Of a stretch of DNA of 64,000 nucleotides, positions 1 to 10,702 are shown piece after piece. The stretch comes from an uncultured Gammaproteobacteria bacterium (lineage in GTDB: Bacteria; Pseudomonadota; Gammaproteobacteria; Steroidobacterales; Steroidobacteraceae): the NCBI GenBank assembly GCA_963812125.1, contig CAWETY010000010.1, positions 272,747 to 336,746 on the forward strand, read 5' to 3'. Position 1 is the first letter of the stretch. Every line of letters begins with the position of its first letter. The notes beneath the pieces were generated by a model. It worked only from the letters and a program-made list of their open reading frames with translations. It was not told the origin of the DNA and ran no database searches. Both the position numbers and the translations under genes were made by a program.

Positions 1-1
1 C

Positions 2-133
2 AAGGCGGAAGATGCTTTCAAAGCGGGCAATCCGGAGGATGCTGTGACATCCGGCAAAGATGCGCAAAGCAAGGTCGCATCTGCGGCTGCCGCACTGAAA
101 CTGACCCTGCCGCAGCCTCAGCCCCAAACCTGA
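2..133 (+). CDS. 3' end of a CDS starting upstream of the window (product unknown)
   Basis: Frame open from window edge to TGA 131-133 (...KAEDAFKAGNPEDAVTSGKDAQSK...LTLPQPQPQT*). No family recognised; may be non-coding. Confidence 0.25.
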   Translation, partial: KAEDAFKAGNPEDAVTSGKDAQSKVASAAAALKLTLPQPQPQT

Positions 134-157
134 CCCCAACGAACGCCCAGGCGCAGT

Positions 158-742
158 TTGCTAAAGCCCAAACTCCGCCTGGGCCGGCCCGTGGACCGGT
201 CAATCGACCGAGCCGTGGTCGATGCCGTGCTCTTGGAACTCAAGCTTCACGGCTATCGTTCGATCACCATGGAGGGAATCTCGCGCAAGACCGGCCGGGC
301 GCGTGCGAGCCTTTACCGGCGCTGGCCGAGCAAACGACATCTCGTGGCTTACGCGGTCGTGTCGGAATTAGGCGCTCACCCGACGCCGGACACGGGATCG
401 CTTCGCCTGGACCTGATGCGAACTGTTGAAACCCTGGTCACCGGCTTTCAGGGCGCCTTAGGTTCCGCGGTTGCAGGCCTGGTCGGCGAGATGGCGGATG
501 ACCCGGTACTCGCACGGACCATCCGCAAGGACGTGCTGGCGAAGCGCCGGCGCTCGATACGCGCCGCATTTCGCCGGGGCATCAAACGCGGGGAAATTCG
601 CGCTGACGTCAATGTCGAGCTATTCATCGACATTCTCATAGCGCCTTTTTACTTTCGCGCGCTGTTCGGTCACCTTAAGCTCTCTGCCAAAATGATCGAA
701 ACGGTGGTCGATTCCGTGCTTCGGGGTGCCTCAGTACGCTAA
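158..742 (+). CDS. TetR/AcrR family transcriptional regulator
   Basis: TTG start. N-terminal HTH 'ITMEGISRKTGRARASLYRRWPSKRHL' is typical of the TetR family; 194 aa. Confidence 0.85.
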   Translation: MLKPKLRLGRPVDRSIDRAVVDAVLLELKLHGYRSITMEGISRKTGRARASLYRRWPSKRHLVAYAVVSELGAHPTPDTGSLRLDLMRTVETLVTGFQGALGSAVAGLVGEMADDPVLARTIRKDVLAKRRRSIRAAFRRGIKRGEIRADVNVELFIDILIAPFYFRALFGHLKLSAKMIETVVDSVLRGASVR

Positions 743-757
743 CTTCGTGCCGGCTTA

Positions 758-1405
758 CTATTTGGAATCCTCGCGGCGCGCTCGCGCAACGGCGGACTGC
801 AGCGCATGCAAATCCGAAACGCCCGAGACTATGCGCCGGCCCACCAAAATTCCCGGTGTTCCGCGCAACCCCAGTCCGCGGGCCTCGCGGTCATTGCGCA
901 TCAAAAGTTCGTCGATTGACGCTCGATGCGCAACCAAATCTTTTTTCAGCTTCGCCATGTCAATGCCGGCGCCCTGCAAAGCTGCATCGACCTGGCTGGA
1001 TTTTTCAAGGCGGGGCGCACCGATCAGCGCATCGTGCGCCTGCAGGTATTTACCTTGATAAACCGCGGCCAACGCGGCTTGCGCAGCATAAATCGACACT
1101 CCACCAAAGATGGGCCACTCCTTGTAGAGAACCGCGGCGCCGTGATCCTGAGCGATGAAGGGCCGGAAAACCGGAGCCAAGGCTCTGCAAAAGGGGCAGT
1201 TGTAGTCGAAGTACTCAACCACCGTGACGTCGGCTTTGGGGGAGCCGAACACCGGGACGCCCGGTTCACTGAGTATGCGCTTCACCGCCTCTGCAGCGAT
1301 GAAAGAGGATTGCTGCGCTTCGGCGCTGGCCGGCAGGCAAAGAGCCAGCCCCTGGACCGCAAGCAGCCAAATGAGGCCGCACCATTTAAGGAATTCACGT
1401 TTCAT
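758..1405 (-). CDS. DsbA-family thiol:disulfide oxidoreductase (secreted)
   Basis: Signal peptide MKREFLKWCGLIWLLAVQGLALCLPASA. Thioredoxin-fold active site 'YFDYNCPFC' (CxxC). Confidence 0.8.
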   Translation of the reverse strand: MKREFLKWCGLIWLLAVQGLALCLPASAEAQQSSFIAAEAVKRILSEPGVPVFGSPKADVTVVEYFDYNCPFCRALAPVFRPFIAQDHGAAVLYKEWPIFGGVSIYAAQAALAAVYQGKYLQAHDALIGAPRLEKSSQVDAALQGAGIDMAKLKKDLVAHRASIDELLMRNDREARGLGLRGTPGILVGRRIVSGVSDLHALQSAVARARREDSK

Positions 1406-1582
1406 GTCTCGGCTCCCGGGATGCTTCGAGCATTAGCCATCAGGTAAATGATAGCTAATTACCGCAATAATTTGATTTTTTTGAAAAACGCTTGATTCGA
1501 CGGCCGAGACGGGGAAGATGCCCTGACGCATCGCGACAAGGGAGAGTTAGACTGACGCTTCCAGACTGCCGCAGCGGAGCCA

Positions 1583-2449
1583 ATGAATAGATCTGCGAGA
1601 GCGCGTTGGATCGGGCCGCGGCTGCGCACCACCCTGTGGGGGAGTGTCGGCGTGCTGACCTTATCGATGCTCTCGTTGACCTGCGTACGGGCGGACACCA
1701 TGCGAGCATCGGATCGGACCTCTGAGTGGCACAAAGCCACGATTCACGGCCACGCAATCTATTATGCCGTCCGCGGCACGGGTTCCACGCTCGTTTTTCT
1801 GCACGGCGGAGGCGATTCAGGCGAGCACTCCTTCGTGCGCCAACTGGATGTCTTTTCAGAACACCATCATATCGTTGCACCCGATCAGGTGGGTCAGGGG
1901 CGAACGCCCGACGTGCCCGGACCTTTGAGCTACACCGCAATGATGGAAGATACCGCCGCGCTGCTCGGAAAGCTAAAACTGCGGCAGGTCGATGTAGTCG
2001 GATTCAGCGATGGCGGAATTTTGGCGCTGATGCTCGCGGTCCGGCACCCCGAATTGGTGCGGCGACTCGTCATCAGCGGCGTCAACATTGCGCCGGAGGG
2101 CCTAAGACCCGAAGACTTGGAGGAATTGCGCGCGAGCCAGATTCCCAAACCCAAGACCATCGATGAAAAGCTGTCGAAACTATGGCTCACGTCTCCCACC
2201 GAAGAGGAGCTGAATCTCGGGCTTCTCGAAAAAATCACCGCGCCGGTGCTGGTAATTTCGGGCGATCGCGACGCGATCACGCTCGAGCACACGCTCAAGA
2301 TATTTCATGCACTGCCGGATGCGGAACTGTGCGTGCTGCCAGGTACGGATCACGCGACCTTCTCGGGACGCTCGGAGTGGCTCAACCCGATCATCGGCGC
2401 CTTTCTCGATCGTGCGCGAAGCACTGCTTCCAACGGTGCGCCCGAGTAG
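1583..2449 (+). CDS. alpha/beta-fold hydrolase
   Basis: 'LVFLHGGGDSGEHSF' oxyanion region and nucleophile elbow 'GFSDGG'. Hydrophobic N-terminal segment. Confidence 0.8.
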   Translation: MNRSARARWIGPRLRTTLWGSVGVLTLSMLSLTCVRADTMRASDRTSEWHKATIHGHAIYYAVRGTGSTLVFLHGGGDSGEHSFVRQLDVFSEHHHIVAPDQVGQGRTPDVPGPLSYTAMMEDTAALLGKLKLRQVDVVGFSDGGILALMLAVRHPELVRRLVISGVNIAPEGLRPEDLEELRASQIPKPKTIDEKLSKLWLTSPTEEELNLGLLEKITAPVLVISGDRDAITLEHTLKIFHALPDAELCVLPGTDHATFSGRSEWLNPIIGAFLDRARSTASNGAPE

Positions 2450-3668
2450 CCAAATCATCACCCACGCGCCGTACCGAAGGGTTCTCATCTCGGGTGCCGG
2501 CATTGCCGGGCCCACCCTCGCCTTCTGGCTGCGTGCGGCGGGTTTCAAGCCGGTTCTGATTGAATCAGCGCCGGCACCGCGCAGCGGCGGCTATGTCATC
2601 GACTTTTGGGGGATCGGCTACCAAATTGCCGAGCAGATGGGGTTGCAATCCGAGATCGAACGCGTCGGATACCACATGCGCGAAATGCGGATCGTGAACG
2701 ACCGCAGTCGTCGAATGGCGGGATTCGGAACCAAGGTCATGAGTGAGCTGACGGGCGGCCGGTTCATCACGCTGGCTCGCAGCGATTTGGCACGTTTGCT
2801 ATTTGAAAAAATTGCCGATTCGACCGAGGTGCTGTTCGGCGACGAAATAACCGGCCTCGCGGAGCGATCTGACTGCATCGAGGTCGCTTTCCGGCACGCC
2901 GCGGCGCGGCCTTTCGATTTCGTCATCGGTGCCGACGGCTTGCATTCCAACGTTCGCAAATTGGCGTTTGGCTCGGAGGAGCAGTTCGAGAGACCGCTGG
3001 GCCATATCGCCGCCGCGTTTGAAGTAGCAAATTATCGCCCGCGCGATGAAGAGGTGTATGTACTCTTCGGCCGTCCAGGACGGATGCTGGCCCGATTTGC
3101 GCTACACGGCGATCGCACGCTGTTCTTATTCGTGTTCGCGTCGCATAGCTATCCGTACTGCAGATCGCTGGATCTGGCGGCTCAAAAGAACATTCTGCAC
3201 GAGCAGTTCGGCAAGGATGGCTGGGAGTGCCGAGCCATCCTGGCCCAGCTCGATCAGGCACAGGACCTCTATTTCGACAGCGTGAGTCAAATCGAGATGC
3301 GGAGCTGGTCGCGCGGCCGAGTTGCACTGGTTGGCGATGCCGCATTTTGCATCTCCTTGACCGGCGGCCAGGGGTCGGCGCTGGCAATGACCTCGTCGTA
3401 TGTCCTGGCGGGCGAGTTGGCAAAGGCCGGCGGCGATCACGCAAGCGCTTTTCAGTCATATGAACAGAAGTTGTACCCGTTCATGGTCTCGAAGCAACGG
3501 GCCGCGGCACGATTTGCGGCCGCCTTCGTACCAAGAACTCCATGGGGCTTGTGGCTGCGCAATCAAGTCATCAGGTCGGCAGCGATACCCGGGTTAGCCA
3601 GATGGGCATTGAGCCGGGACATCGTGGATACGCTCGAACTGCCAACCTATGAATGGTCAGGCGCCTAA
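2436..3668 (+). CDS. FAD-dependent monooxygenase (aromatic-ring hydroxylase class)
   Basis: 'VLISGAGIAGPTLAFWL' Rossmann motif, 'GADGLHSNVR', 'GRVALVGDAAF'. No ATG sits near the N-terminus. GTG at 2436 (14-nt overlap with the upstream gene) is preferred over the track start at 2307. Confidence 0.8.
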   Translation: MRPSSQIITHAPYRRVLISGAGIAGPTLAFWLRAAGFKPVLIESAPAPRSGGYVIDFWGIGYQIAEQMGLQSEIERVGYHMREMRIVNDRSRRMAGFGTKVMSELTGGRFITLARSDLARLLFEKIADSTEVLFGDEITGLAERSDCIEVAFRHAAARPFDFVIGADGLHSNVRKLAFGSEEQFERPLGHIAAAFEVANYRPRDEEVYVLFGRPGRMLARFALHGDRTLFLFVFASHSYPYCRSLDLAAQKNILHEQFGKDGWECRAILAQLDQAQDLYFDSVSQIEMRSWSRGRVALVGDAAFCISLTGGQGSALAMTSSYVLAGELAKAGGDHASAFQSYEQKLYPFMVSKQRAAARFAAAFVPRTPWGLWLRNQVIRSAAIPGLARWALSRDIVDTLELPTYEWSGA

Positions 3669-5065
3669 GTGAATTCATTTTGATAGGCGATCGGGCGGAT
3701 GAAGCGAGCGAGTGCGCGCGTTCCGACGGAGGTGAAGCGGCTGTCGGTGGTGGCCGGGAACGGGCCGCCGTGTACGGTCGCCTTGCCGACTTCGACGCCG
3801 GTAGGAAAGCCGTTGAACACCAGTCGTCCTGCGCGTTGTTCCAAGGTCCACAAGAATTCGTCTTGGTCGGCGAGCTCGCGGGGCTCCGCCCACACCGTAG
3901 CCGTGAGCTGACCTTCCAGCGCCCGTGCGCAGCGCAAGAAGTCTTTGGGATTCGAACAGTAAATGACCAGACTGGTGGGGCCGAAAATCTCATCGTGCAG
4001 GGCGGGCGTGCGCAGGAATGTATCGAGATCCACGGCGAGCAGCGCGGCGCCCGACTGCCTGCCCGCGCCTGAGGCTGCTCGCGCGAGGGATTGAACCCCT
4101 TCGAGGCCTGCGCGTTCATCAATAAGGCGCCGGCAAGCGGCATGGATGGCTGCGGTCAGCATTGCAGCCGGCGCAGATTGCGACAGCTGCGAAGCCAGGG
4201 CGTCGATCCAGCCTCTGGTTGCGGCGTCATCCACAGCAAAGATGAGGCCCGGCTTGGTACAGAGCTGACCGACGCTGCCGGTGATCGATGTCTGCATGCC
4301 TGCCGCGATCGCCGCTGCCCTGGCGGCGGCTGCGCCGGGAAAGACGAAAATCGGATTGACGCTCGACATTTCGGCGAAGAATGGAATGGGCTGGGCACGA
4401 TCCTGTGCCGCCCGCCACAAGGCGAGGCCGCCCGATCGCGAACCGGTAAAAGCTCCCGCCATGATCCGGGGATGTTTCACCAGATTTACACCCACTTCGT
4501 AGCCGGCGTCGAACAACAATGAAAATACAGCGGCGGGCAAACCGCATTGCGCAGCGGCAAGACTCACGGCATTTCCGACCAGCGCGGAAGTCTCTGGATG
4601 CGCCGAATGGGCCTTGACGATCACCGGGCAGCCCACTGCCAATGCGGACGCGGTGTCGCCCCCGGCAACGGAGAAGGCCAACGGAAAATTGCTTGCGCCG
4701 AATACCACGATGGGACCCAAGGGTACAAAGCGCGAGCGGATTGCCGGTTTAGGCTGCGGGGTGCGCGCCGGGTCGGCCGCCTCGATAGACTCGTCGATCC
4801 ACCGGTTGGCCTCGGCGATATCGGCAAACATCCGCAGCTGTGCGCAGGTGCGGCCGCGTTCCGCCACGAGCCGCGCTTCCGCAAGGCTCGTCTCGCGCGC
4901 CGCGCATTCGATGAGAGCGCTGCCGAGGCCCTCGATGCCATGTGCAATAGCGCGCAGGAACCGAGCCCGAAGTCCTGGAGCGCTGCGGCTGTAGGAATAG
5001 AAAGCAGCCGCAGCCGCTTCGGCCGCTGCGTTTACTTCTTCGGCCGATGCGGAGGTAATAGTCAT
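3665..5065 (-). CDS. aldehyde dehydrogenase (NADP+), alpha-ketoglutaric-semialdehyde-dehydrogenase-like
   Basis: 'FTGSRSGGLAL', catalytic Glu region 'EMSSVNPIF', catalytic Cys region 'GQLCTKPGLIF'. Start taken at MTITSASAEEV (5065) rather than the Arg/Cys-rich extension to 5218. Confidence 0.85.
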   Translation of the reverse strand: MTITSASAEEVNAAAEAAAAAFYSYSRSAPGLRARFLRAIAHGIEGLGSALIECAARETSLAEARLVAERGRTCAQLRMFADIAEANRWIDESIEAADPARTPQPKPAIRSRFVPLGPIVVFGASNFPLAFSVAGGDTASALAVGCPVIVKAHSAHPETSALVGNAVSLAAAQCGLPAAVFSLLFDAGYEVGVNLVKHPRIMAGAFTGSRSGGLALWRAAQDRAQPIPFFAEMSSVNPIFVFPGAAAARAAAIAAGMQTSITGSVGQLCTKPGLIFAVDDAATRGWIDALASQLSQSAPAAMLTAAIHAACRRLIDERAGLEGVQSLARAASGAGRQSGAALLAVDLDTFLRTPALHDEIFGPTSLVIYCSNPKDFLRCARALEGQLTATVWAEPRELADQDEFLWTLEQRAGRLVFNGFPTGVEVGKATVHGGPFPATTDSRFTSVGTRALARFIRPIAYQNEFT

Positions 5066-5208
5066 GCAACGAGATCCATGGCAGTTGTGGAGCGCAAGCC
5101 TATGACATTGAAAGCCACACTTCCACCCGGAGGCCGCCGATATGCGTAGGCAGCTACGGTATCCACAATTGGCGCGAGCCTTAGGATGTGAGATGGTTCG
5201 AGTCACTG

Positions 5209-6198
5209 ATGCACGCAATGGTACTCAATGAGTTGCGCACGCCGCTGAGGCTGACCGAGCTCGCCGATCCACGGCCCGGCCCGAACGAAATTCGAGTCAA
5301 GGTGAGCGCCTGCGGCGTGTGCCGCACGGATTTACACGTGGTCGACGGTGACCTGCCGGCGGGCAAACTACCCGTCATTCCAGGTCACGAGATCGTCGGG
5401 CGCGTGGAGACACTGGGCGCGGCTGTGCGAGACCTCGAACCCGGTCAGCGTGTGGGTGTTCCCTGGCTGGGTCACACCGATGGGACTTGCGGCTACTGTC
5501 TTAGCGGACAGGAAAATCTTTGCGACCGGCCGCTTTTTACCGGGTACACCCGTGACGGAGGCTATGCCAGCGCCGTCATCGCGGATGCTCGCTTCGCGTT
5601 TCCGCTGGGCGAGACAGGCGAGGATGTCGCTCTGGCGCCGCTGCTGTGCGCCGGCCTCATCGGTTGGCGTTCGCTCGTCATGGCCGGCGAGGGAAGGCGA
5701 TTGGGCATCTATGGATTCGGCGCCGCGGCGCACATCGTCGCGCAAGTCGCGCGTTGGCAGGGCCGCGCGGTGTTCGCATTCACCCGTCCCAACGACCTCG
5801 GCGCACAGTCATTCGCCCGCAAACTTGGGGTGGAGTGGGCCGGCGGCTCGGATGAGATGCCGCCCGAACTCCTCGATGCCGCCATTATTTACGCCGTCGC
5901 GGGCGAGTTGATTCCATTGGCTCTCAAGGCGGTGCGCAAAGGCGGCCGCGTCGTCTGCGCCGGGATTCACATGAGCGACATCCCAAGCTTTCCCTACGAT
6001 CTATTGTGGGAGGAGCGTCAACTTCTTTCGGTCGCCAATCTCACGCGCCGCGATGGGCTCGATTTTCTGCGTCTAGCGCCGCAAATCGGCATCGTGACAA
6101 CGACGACGCCCTACCCCCTGCATCGAGCCAACGAGGCGCTGGCAGATCTGCGCGCCGGCCGCTTCAGCGGCGCCGCGGTGTTGGTTCCAAACGGCTGA
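5209..6198 (+). CDS. zinc-dependent alcohol dehydrogenase family protein
   Basis: 'CGVCRTDLHVVDG', 'GHEIVGRVE', 'GYCLSGQENLC', Rossmann 'IYGFGAAAHI'. Start taken at MHAMVLNE. Confidence 0.9.
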   Translation: MHAMVLNELRTPLRLTELADPRPGPNEIRVKVSACGVCRTDLHVVDGDLPAGKLPVIPGHEIVGRVETLGAAVRDLEPGQRVGVPWLGHTDGTCGYCLSGQENLCDRPLFTGYTRDGGYASAVIADARFAFPLGETGEDVALAPLLCAGLIGWRSLVMAGEGRRLGIYGFGAAAHIVAQVARWQGRAVFAFTRPNDLGAQSFARKLGVEWAGGSDEMPPELLDAAIIYAVAGELIPLALKAVRKGGRVVCAGIHMSDIPSFPYDLLWEERQLLSVANLTRRDGLDFLRLAPQIGIVTTTTPYPLHRANEALADLRAGRFSGAAVLVPNG

Positions 6199-6379
6199 TC
6201 CGCGGCTGCGCGTTATGTTCAATGCTGCGAGCAGCGTGACCCTTAAAATCGGTTGGCCTATTCGGGTCTGTACGGTACGCTACGGCGAGAAGCCGGCGGG
6301 AGCTTGGCGCTCGTGATTGATCACGAACCGGGCTCATCACGGCCGACATTTCAACAATTATTCTAAGGGGTCATCCGAC

Positions 6380-9300
6380 ATGGACAGAAAGGAAAAGGTC
6401 GTCGTGGGGACGACTGCACACACGTGGACGCGGAATTTACGCATGGTGGCGTTGACCGCGATTGTTTCGATCGCCGCCGCCATGCCGACCGCGATCGCGC
6501 AACAGGCCGGCGCGAACCGCTTCAAAGCCTTCAGCCGTACCGGACCGCTCGCCAAGCCGAACAAACCCCTATCGCTGCTCGGCGCAGAGCGCGTCAAAGT
6601 CGTGGTGACCATGAGCCATGAGTCCGTCGCGGAAGTGCGCGCGCGTACTCCCGGACATGTCATCAGTCAGGCGGATCATGAGGCGATTCACGCCCAGGTG
6701 GCGCAGCAGCACGCCGCGCTCGAACCGACCATCGTGTCGCGCGGCGGCAGAGTGCTGGCACACTATCAAGACGCCATGAACGGCATGAAAATCGAGATCG
6801 CCCGCAGCGAAATCGCGGGTCTCTCGAACCTCCCCGGCGTGGTGCAGGTGGTCGGCGTTCCTAAGTACAAAATCAGCAATACCGTCAGTGTGCCCTTCAT
6901 CGGCGCGCCGCAGGTATGGCAAGGGGTCCCGGGATTTCGCGGCGAGCACGTGAAAATCGCCATCATCGATACCGGTGTCGACTATACGCACGCGAATTTC
7001 GGCGGCCCAGGGACTGAGGCAGCATTTGCCGCTGCCGCCGCCACCAGCACCGCACCGGCGGATCCCACCCTGTTCGGCCCGAATGCCCCCAAGGTGAAAG
7101 GCGGCACGGATCTGGTGGGCGATGCTTACAATGCCGATGTACCCGGCAGTGTGCCGGTACCGGATCCTAATCCTCTCGATTGCAACGGCCACGGCAGTCA
7201 TGTTTCCGGGACGGCCGCAGGTTTTGGCGTCACCAATGATGGCGCCACGTATCACGGGCCGTACAATGCGGCCGCCTACGCGAACGGCTTCGGGATCGGT
7301 CCGGGCGTCGCCCCGCTCGCAGATCTTTATATGGTGCGCGTGTTTGGCTGCGCCGGATCGACCGATGTCGTCTCCGACGCCATCGAATGGGCCGTGCACA
7401 ACAACATGGATGTGATCAGCATGTCGCTGGGCGGCGCCTACGGCACCAGCACCAGCGCGGACGCAATCGCCTCCGACAACGCCGCGAAGGCCGGCATCAT
7501 TGTGGTCGCGGCGGCGGGCAACGCAGGCAGTGCGCCCTATATCACCGGCGATCCGGCATCGGCCACTCATGCGATCAGCGTCGCGGCGATGAATGCGCGG
7601 GCATTCCTGGTCAATGGTCTGCAGATCGCCTTTTCTTCGGGCAGCAGCACCATCGGGGTCGAGGCCAATAGCCTGAAGCCGCCGAGCGGCAATGTGCCGG
7701 CCATGATCTTGACCTCCGGCAGTGGGTTGAGCTTGGGCTGCAATGCCACCGACTTCCCGGCGGCCGTCGCCGGCGCGCTGGTCATCATTTCGCGCGGCAC
7801 GTGCTCCTTCGACCAAAAGGTGACCAATGCGCAGAATGCCGGCGCGGTCGCGCTGGGCGTGGTGAATAATGCCGCCGGATTCTTCAATCCGCTGATCGAT
7901 GCGGCGAAGATTCCATTCATCGAGCTGCAATTGAGCGACACGCCGACTTACCTGGCCGTGCCGTCGATGGCAAACGCGTCGATCGCGCCTGCGAATATTC
8001 CAGACGCAACCTTCAGGCTGGCCGCCTCCTTCACATCCTCTGGCCCGCGCAGCGGCGATGGGGCGCTGAAACCCAATATCGCGGCGCCGGGGGTCAATGT
8101 GTTTTCGACTTCGATCGGCACCGGTACCGGCGGCCAATATGATTCGGGTACTTCCATGGCGACCCCGCACGTGGCGGGCGTGGCGGCGCTGGCGGTGCAA
8201 GCGCACAAGAACTGGCAAGAGCCCGGGGTGCGTGCGGCCGTCGTCGAGACAGCGGCACCAGCCGCGCTTCCGGACTTCAATCCGCGCATCGAGGGCGGCG
8301 GTCTGGTGCAAGCGGTGGGCGCTACCGCCACCAATGTCACGGCGCATGGCGATGAAGGCGACAAACTGGGGCTTTTGTCCTTCGGCGTCGCCGAATTGAC
8401 TCGCAATTTTCATGATGAACGCGACATCATCGTGCGCAATCACGATCGCTTGCCGGCTTCATTCACCGCGACGGCCATCGTCCGCAGGCGGCGTGCCGCA
8501 TACGGTCCATCTGGGGAGTTCCAGCGTATCGGTTCGCGGTCACGATGAGAGCGTTGTGCGCATGACGCTCGATGTGCCGGCGGGAACCGCGGGTGCGACG
8601 CACGATGCCTTCGGCAATGTCCAATTTGAGGATGCCTCGGGCGTCATCGCACTCTCGCCGGAAGCGGCGACGAATAACGGTGTGAGCCTGAGCCTGCCTT
8701 ACTATCTCGTGACCCGTGCCCGCTCAACCGTGGACGCGGATTTGCGCGATGGCAAGAATCCGCGCATTCATTTGTCGAATTCCCGGGGCGTGATCTCCGG
8801 CAACGGTGATTTCTACGCCTGGGGTCTCACGAATCCCAAGACCGGAACCATCGATACTGCCTTCGAACCGCGAGCCGTGGGTGTGCAGAGCAATCCGATC
8901 TCGGCCAGCGACAGCGTCCTGGTATTCGCCGTGAACACGTACTGGCGCTTCTCAAATCCCGCGTCGGGCGAATACGACATCTATATCGATGTCAACGGCG
9001 ATGGCGTCTACGACTACGTGCTGTTCTCTGCCGATGTCGGCGCCGTGGAAACGGGCAGTGCGAATGGACAGATCGGCACCTTCCTCTTCAATCTGTCCAC
9101 CGGTGCGGAATTCGCCGAGTTTGCCGCGGATGCGCCGACCGACGGGTCCACCGTGCTCATGCCGGTGCTCGCGTCGGATCTTGGCATTTCGCCGACCAAT
9201 CCGCGCTTCAGCTACACCATGAATGCGTTCGATGCCACCGGGGCCGGTGAATCATTGACCGGCACCGGCTCGTTCAATGCCTTCACGCCGTCCGTCTCGA

Positions 9301-9461
9301 ATGCGATGTTCGTGCCGGTGGCGCCCAACACCACCGTCGACGTGCCCGTCGCCGTCGACCCGGCGGAGTTTCAGTTGACGCCGGCGCTCGGCTTCATGGT
9401 AGTGACCGAGGACAACGTCTCGGGCGCGACCCAGGCGAATCTGATCAGGCTGAAACACTGA
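6380..9461 (+). CDS. secreted subtilisin-like serine protease (S8) with PA-domain insert and long C-terminal extension; frame broken near 8470-8490
   Basis: Catalytic motifs 'AIIDTGVDYTHANFGG' (Asp), 'CNGHGSHVSGTAAG' (His), 'SGTSMATPHVAGVAALA' (Ser). PA-like insert 'LVIISRGTCSFDQKVTNAQNAGAVALGVVNN'. ORFs 6317-8548 and 8412-9461 join as ...LPASFTATA|PSSAGGVPHTVHLGSSSVSV after a +1 shift. AAGGGG lies before ATG 6380. Confidence 0.85.
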
Positions 9462-9468
9462 GGGCAAG

Positions 9469-9503
9469 GGCCCGCGTGGGAGAATGTCAATCCCGCGCGG
9501 GCC
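9469..9503. terminator. GC-rich hairpin between convergent genes (possible bidirectional terminator)
   Basis: GGCCCGCGTGGG (9469-9480) / CCCGCGCGGGCC (9492-9503), 11 of 12 complementary, with an 11-nt loop. No clear T-tract. Confidence 0.4.
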
Positions 9504-9556
9504 GCTTCGTCAAGCCTGACACGCCCGGCAATATGCCGCCCGACTTCGCAGCGCCG

Positions 9557-10702
9557 CTAAATCACGGCGTGTAAATTATCGGTCGAGCGTGCGTCGCTGG
9601 CGTGAACTTTCCAGGCATCCAGCAGAGCTTTTTCGCGCTCGGGCGTGAGGCCAGCACCCAACTTTGCGCGCTCCTGCGGCGGACGCTGCAAATGCCAAGT
9701 CAGCGTGTCATCGACCGTCGTCTGAACGGGGCGAATTGCCAGGCCTTCGCGCAATGCACGCACGACGCTCGCCTCGTTGAGGCCCGCGTACTCGCCCGGC
9801 GCCGGAATCCAAACCGGTATATCCGATAGGGGCTTGATTCCTTGCTTCTCGAGGAAATCCGCAGGTATCCACACGGGACTTGGCGCAGGGTTGGGATGCG
9901 CCATCGCATCGGCCGCGGCAATGCTCGCCGAGACCACATCGCCAATGGTGAATTTTCCGGGAGGCGAGGTAGCGTTGAAAGTGCCGACGGTTCGGCGCTC
10001 GGCCAGCCTGATCACGAATGCCGCGAGATCACGCGCGTCGATGAATTGCACCTGATCGCCCGGCTTGCCCGGAGCCACCATCTCACCGCCGCGCGCTGCC
10101 CGCGCCGGCCAGTAGGTGAACCGGTCTGTAGGATCGCGCGGACCGACGATCAGACCCGGGCGCACGACGGTCACGCGCCCCGGCATCGCCTTTTCAGCGG
10201 CCTTTTCGCACAACGCCTTCAACGGTCCATAAGACTCGCCGTCGACTTTCTCGGTGGATTCATCAGCGATCTTGCTGACCGGCGAATCCTCGGTGCTCGG
10301 GACCGCAAAGTTTGCGTAAACCCCGACTGTAGAAATGAAGATGTAGCGCTGCACATTGGGTGCGAGCAATTCGGCGGACAATCTGACGTGACGCGGCACA
10401 TAACCTGAATCATCGATCACGACGTCCCAATGTTTGCCCCTGAGCGCGTTCAGCTGCGCGTCGCGATCGCCCTTAAGATGAACGAGCTGCGGAAACAAAT
10501 CTGCATTGGTTTTGCCGCGATTGAACAGAGTGACCGAATGCCCGTGCCGGAGCGCAAGTTCAACGATATGAACGCCAATGAATTTGGTTCCTCCGAGTAC
10601 CAGGATGCGCAGCGGCCGGGGTGATTTCTCCTTCGCCGTCACGTTGCCCGATGCCGCAAGCGCCGCTGCGGACAGGACTTGTACAAACTGCCGTCGATTC
10701 AT
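9557..10702 (-). CDS. NAD-dependent epimerase/dehydratase (extended SDR) family protein with twin-arginine signal
   Basis: 'MNRRQFVQVLSAAALAASGNVTA' Tat-like signal, then Rossmann 'ILVLGGTKFIGVHIVE'. Confidence 0.8.
   Translation of the reverse strand: MNRRQFVQVLSAAALAASGNVTAKEKSPRPLRILVLGGTKFIGVHIVELALRHGHSVTLFNRGKTNADLFPQLVHLKGDRDAQLNALRGKHWDVVIDDSGYVPRHVRLSAELLAPNVQRYIFISTVGVYANFAVPSTEDSPVSKIADESTEKVDGESYGPLKALCEKAAEKAMPGRVTVVRPGLIVGPRDPTDRFTYWPARAARGGEMVAPGKPGDQVQFIDARDLAAFVIRLAERRTVGTFNATSPPGKFTIGDVVSASIAAADAMAHPNPAPSPVWIPADFLEKQGIKPLSDIPVWIPAPGEYAGLNEASVVRALREGLAIRPVQTTVDDTLTWHLQRPPQERAKLGAGLTPEREKALLDAWKVHASDARSTDNLHAVI

Noticed and set aside
2307-2435. Long 5' extensions of track ORFs (2307, 5218, 5188, 6317, 10826, 20454, 21212, 26443, 42204, 42941, 63649)
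   Set aside because: The extensions overlap the preceding gene or are Arg/Cys-rich and non-conserved. Internal starts give canonical N-termini, signal peptides or 1-4-nt start/stop overlaps with the neighbour.
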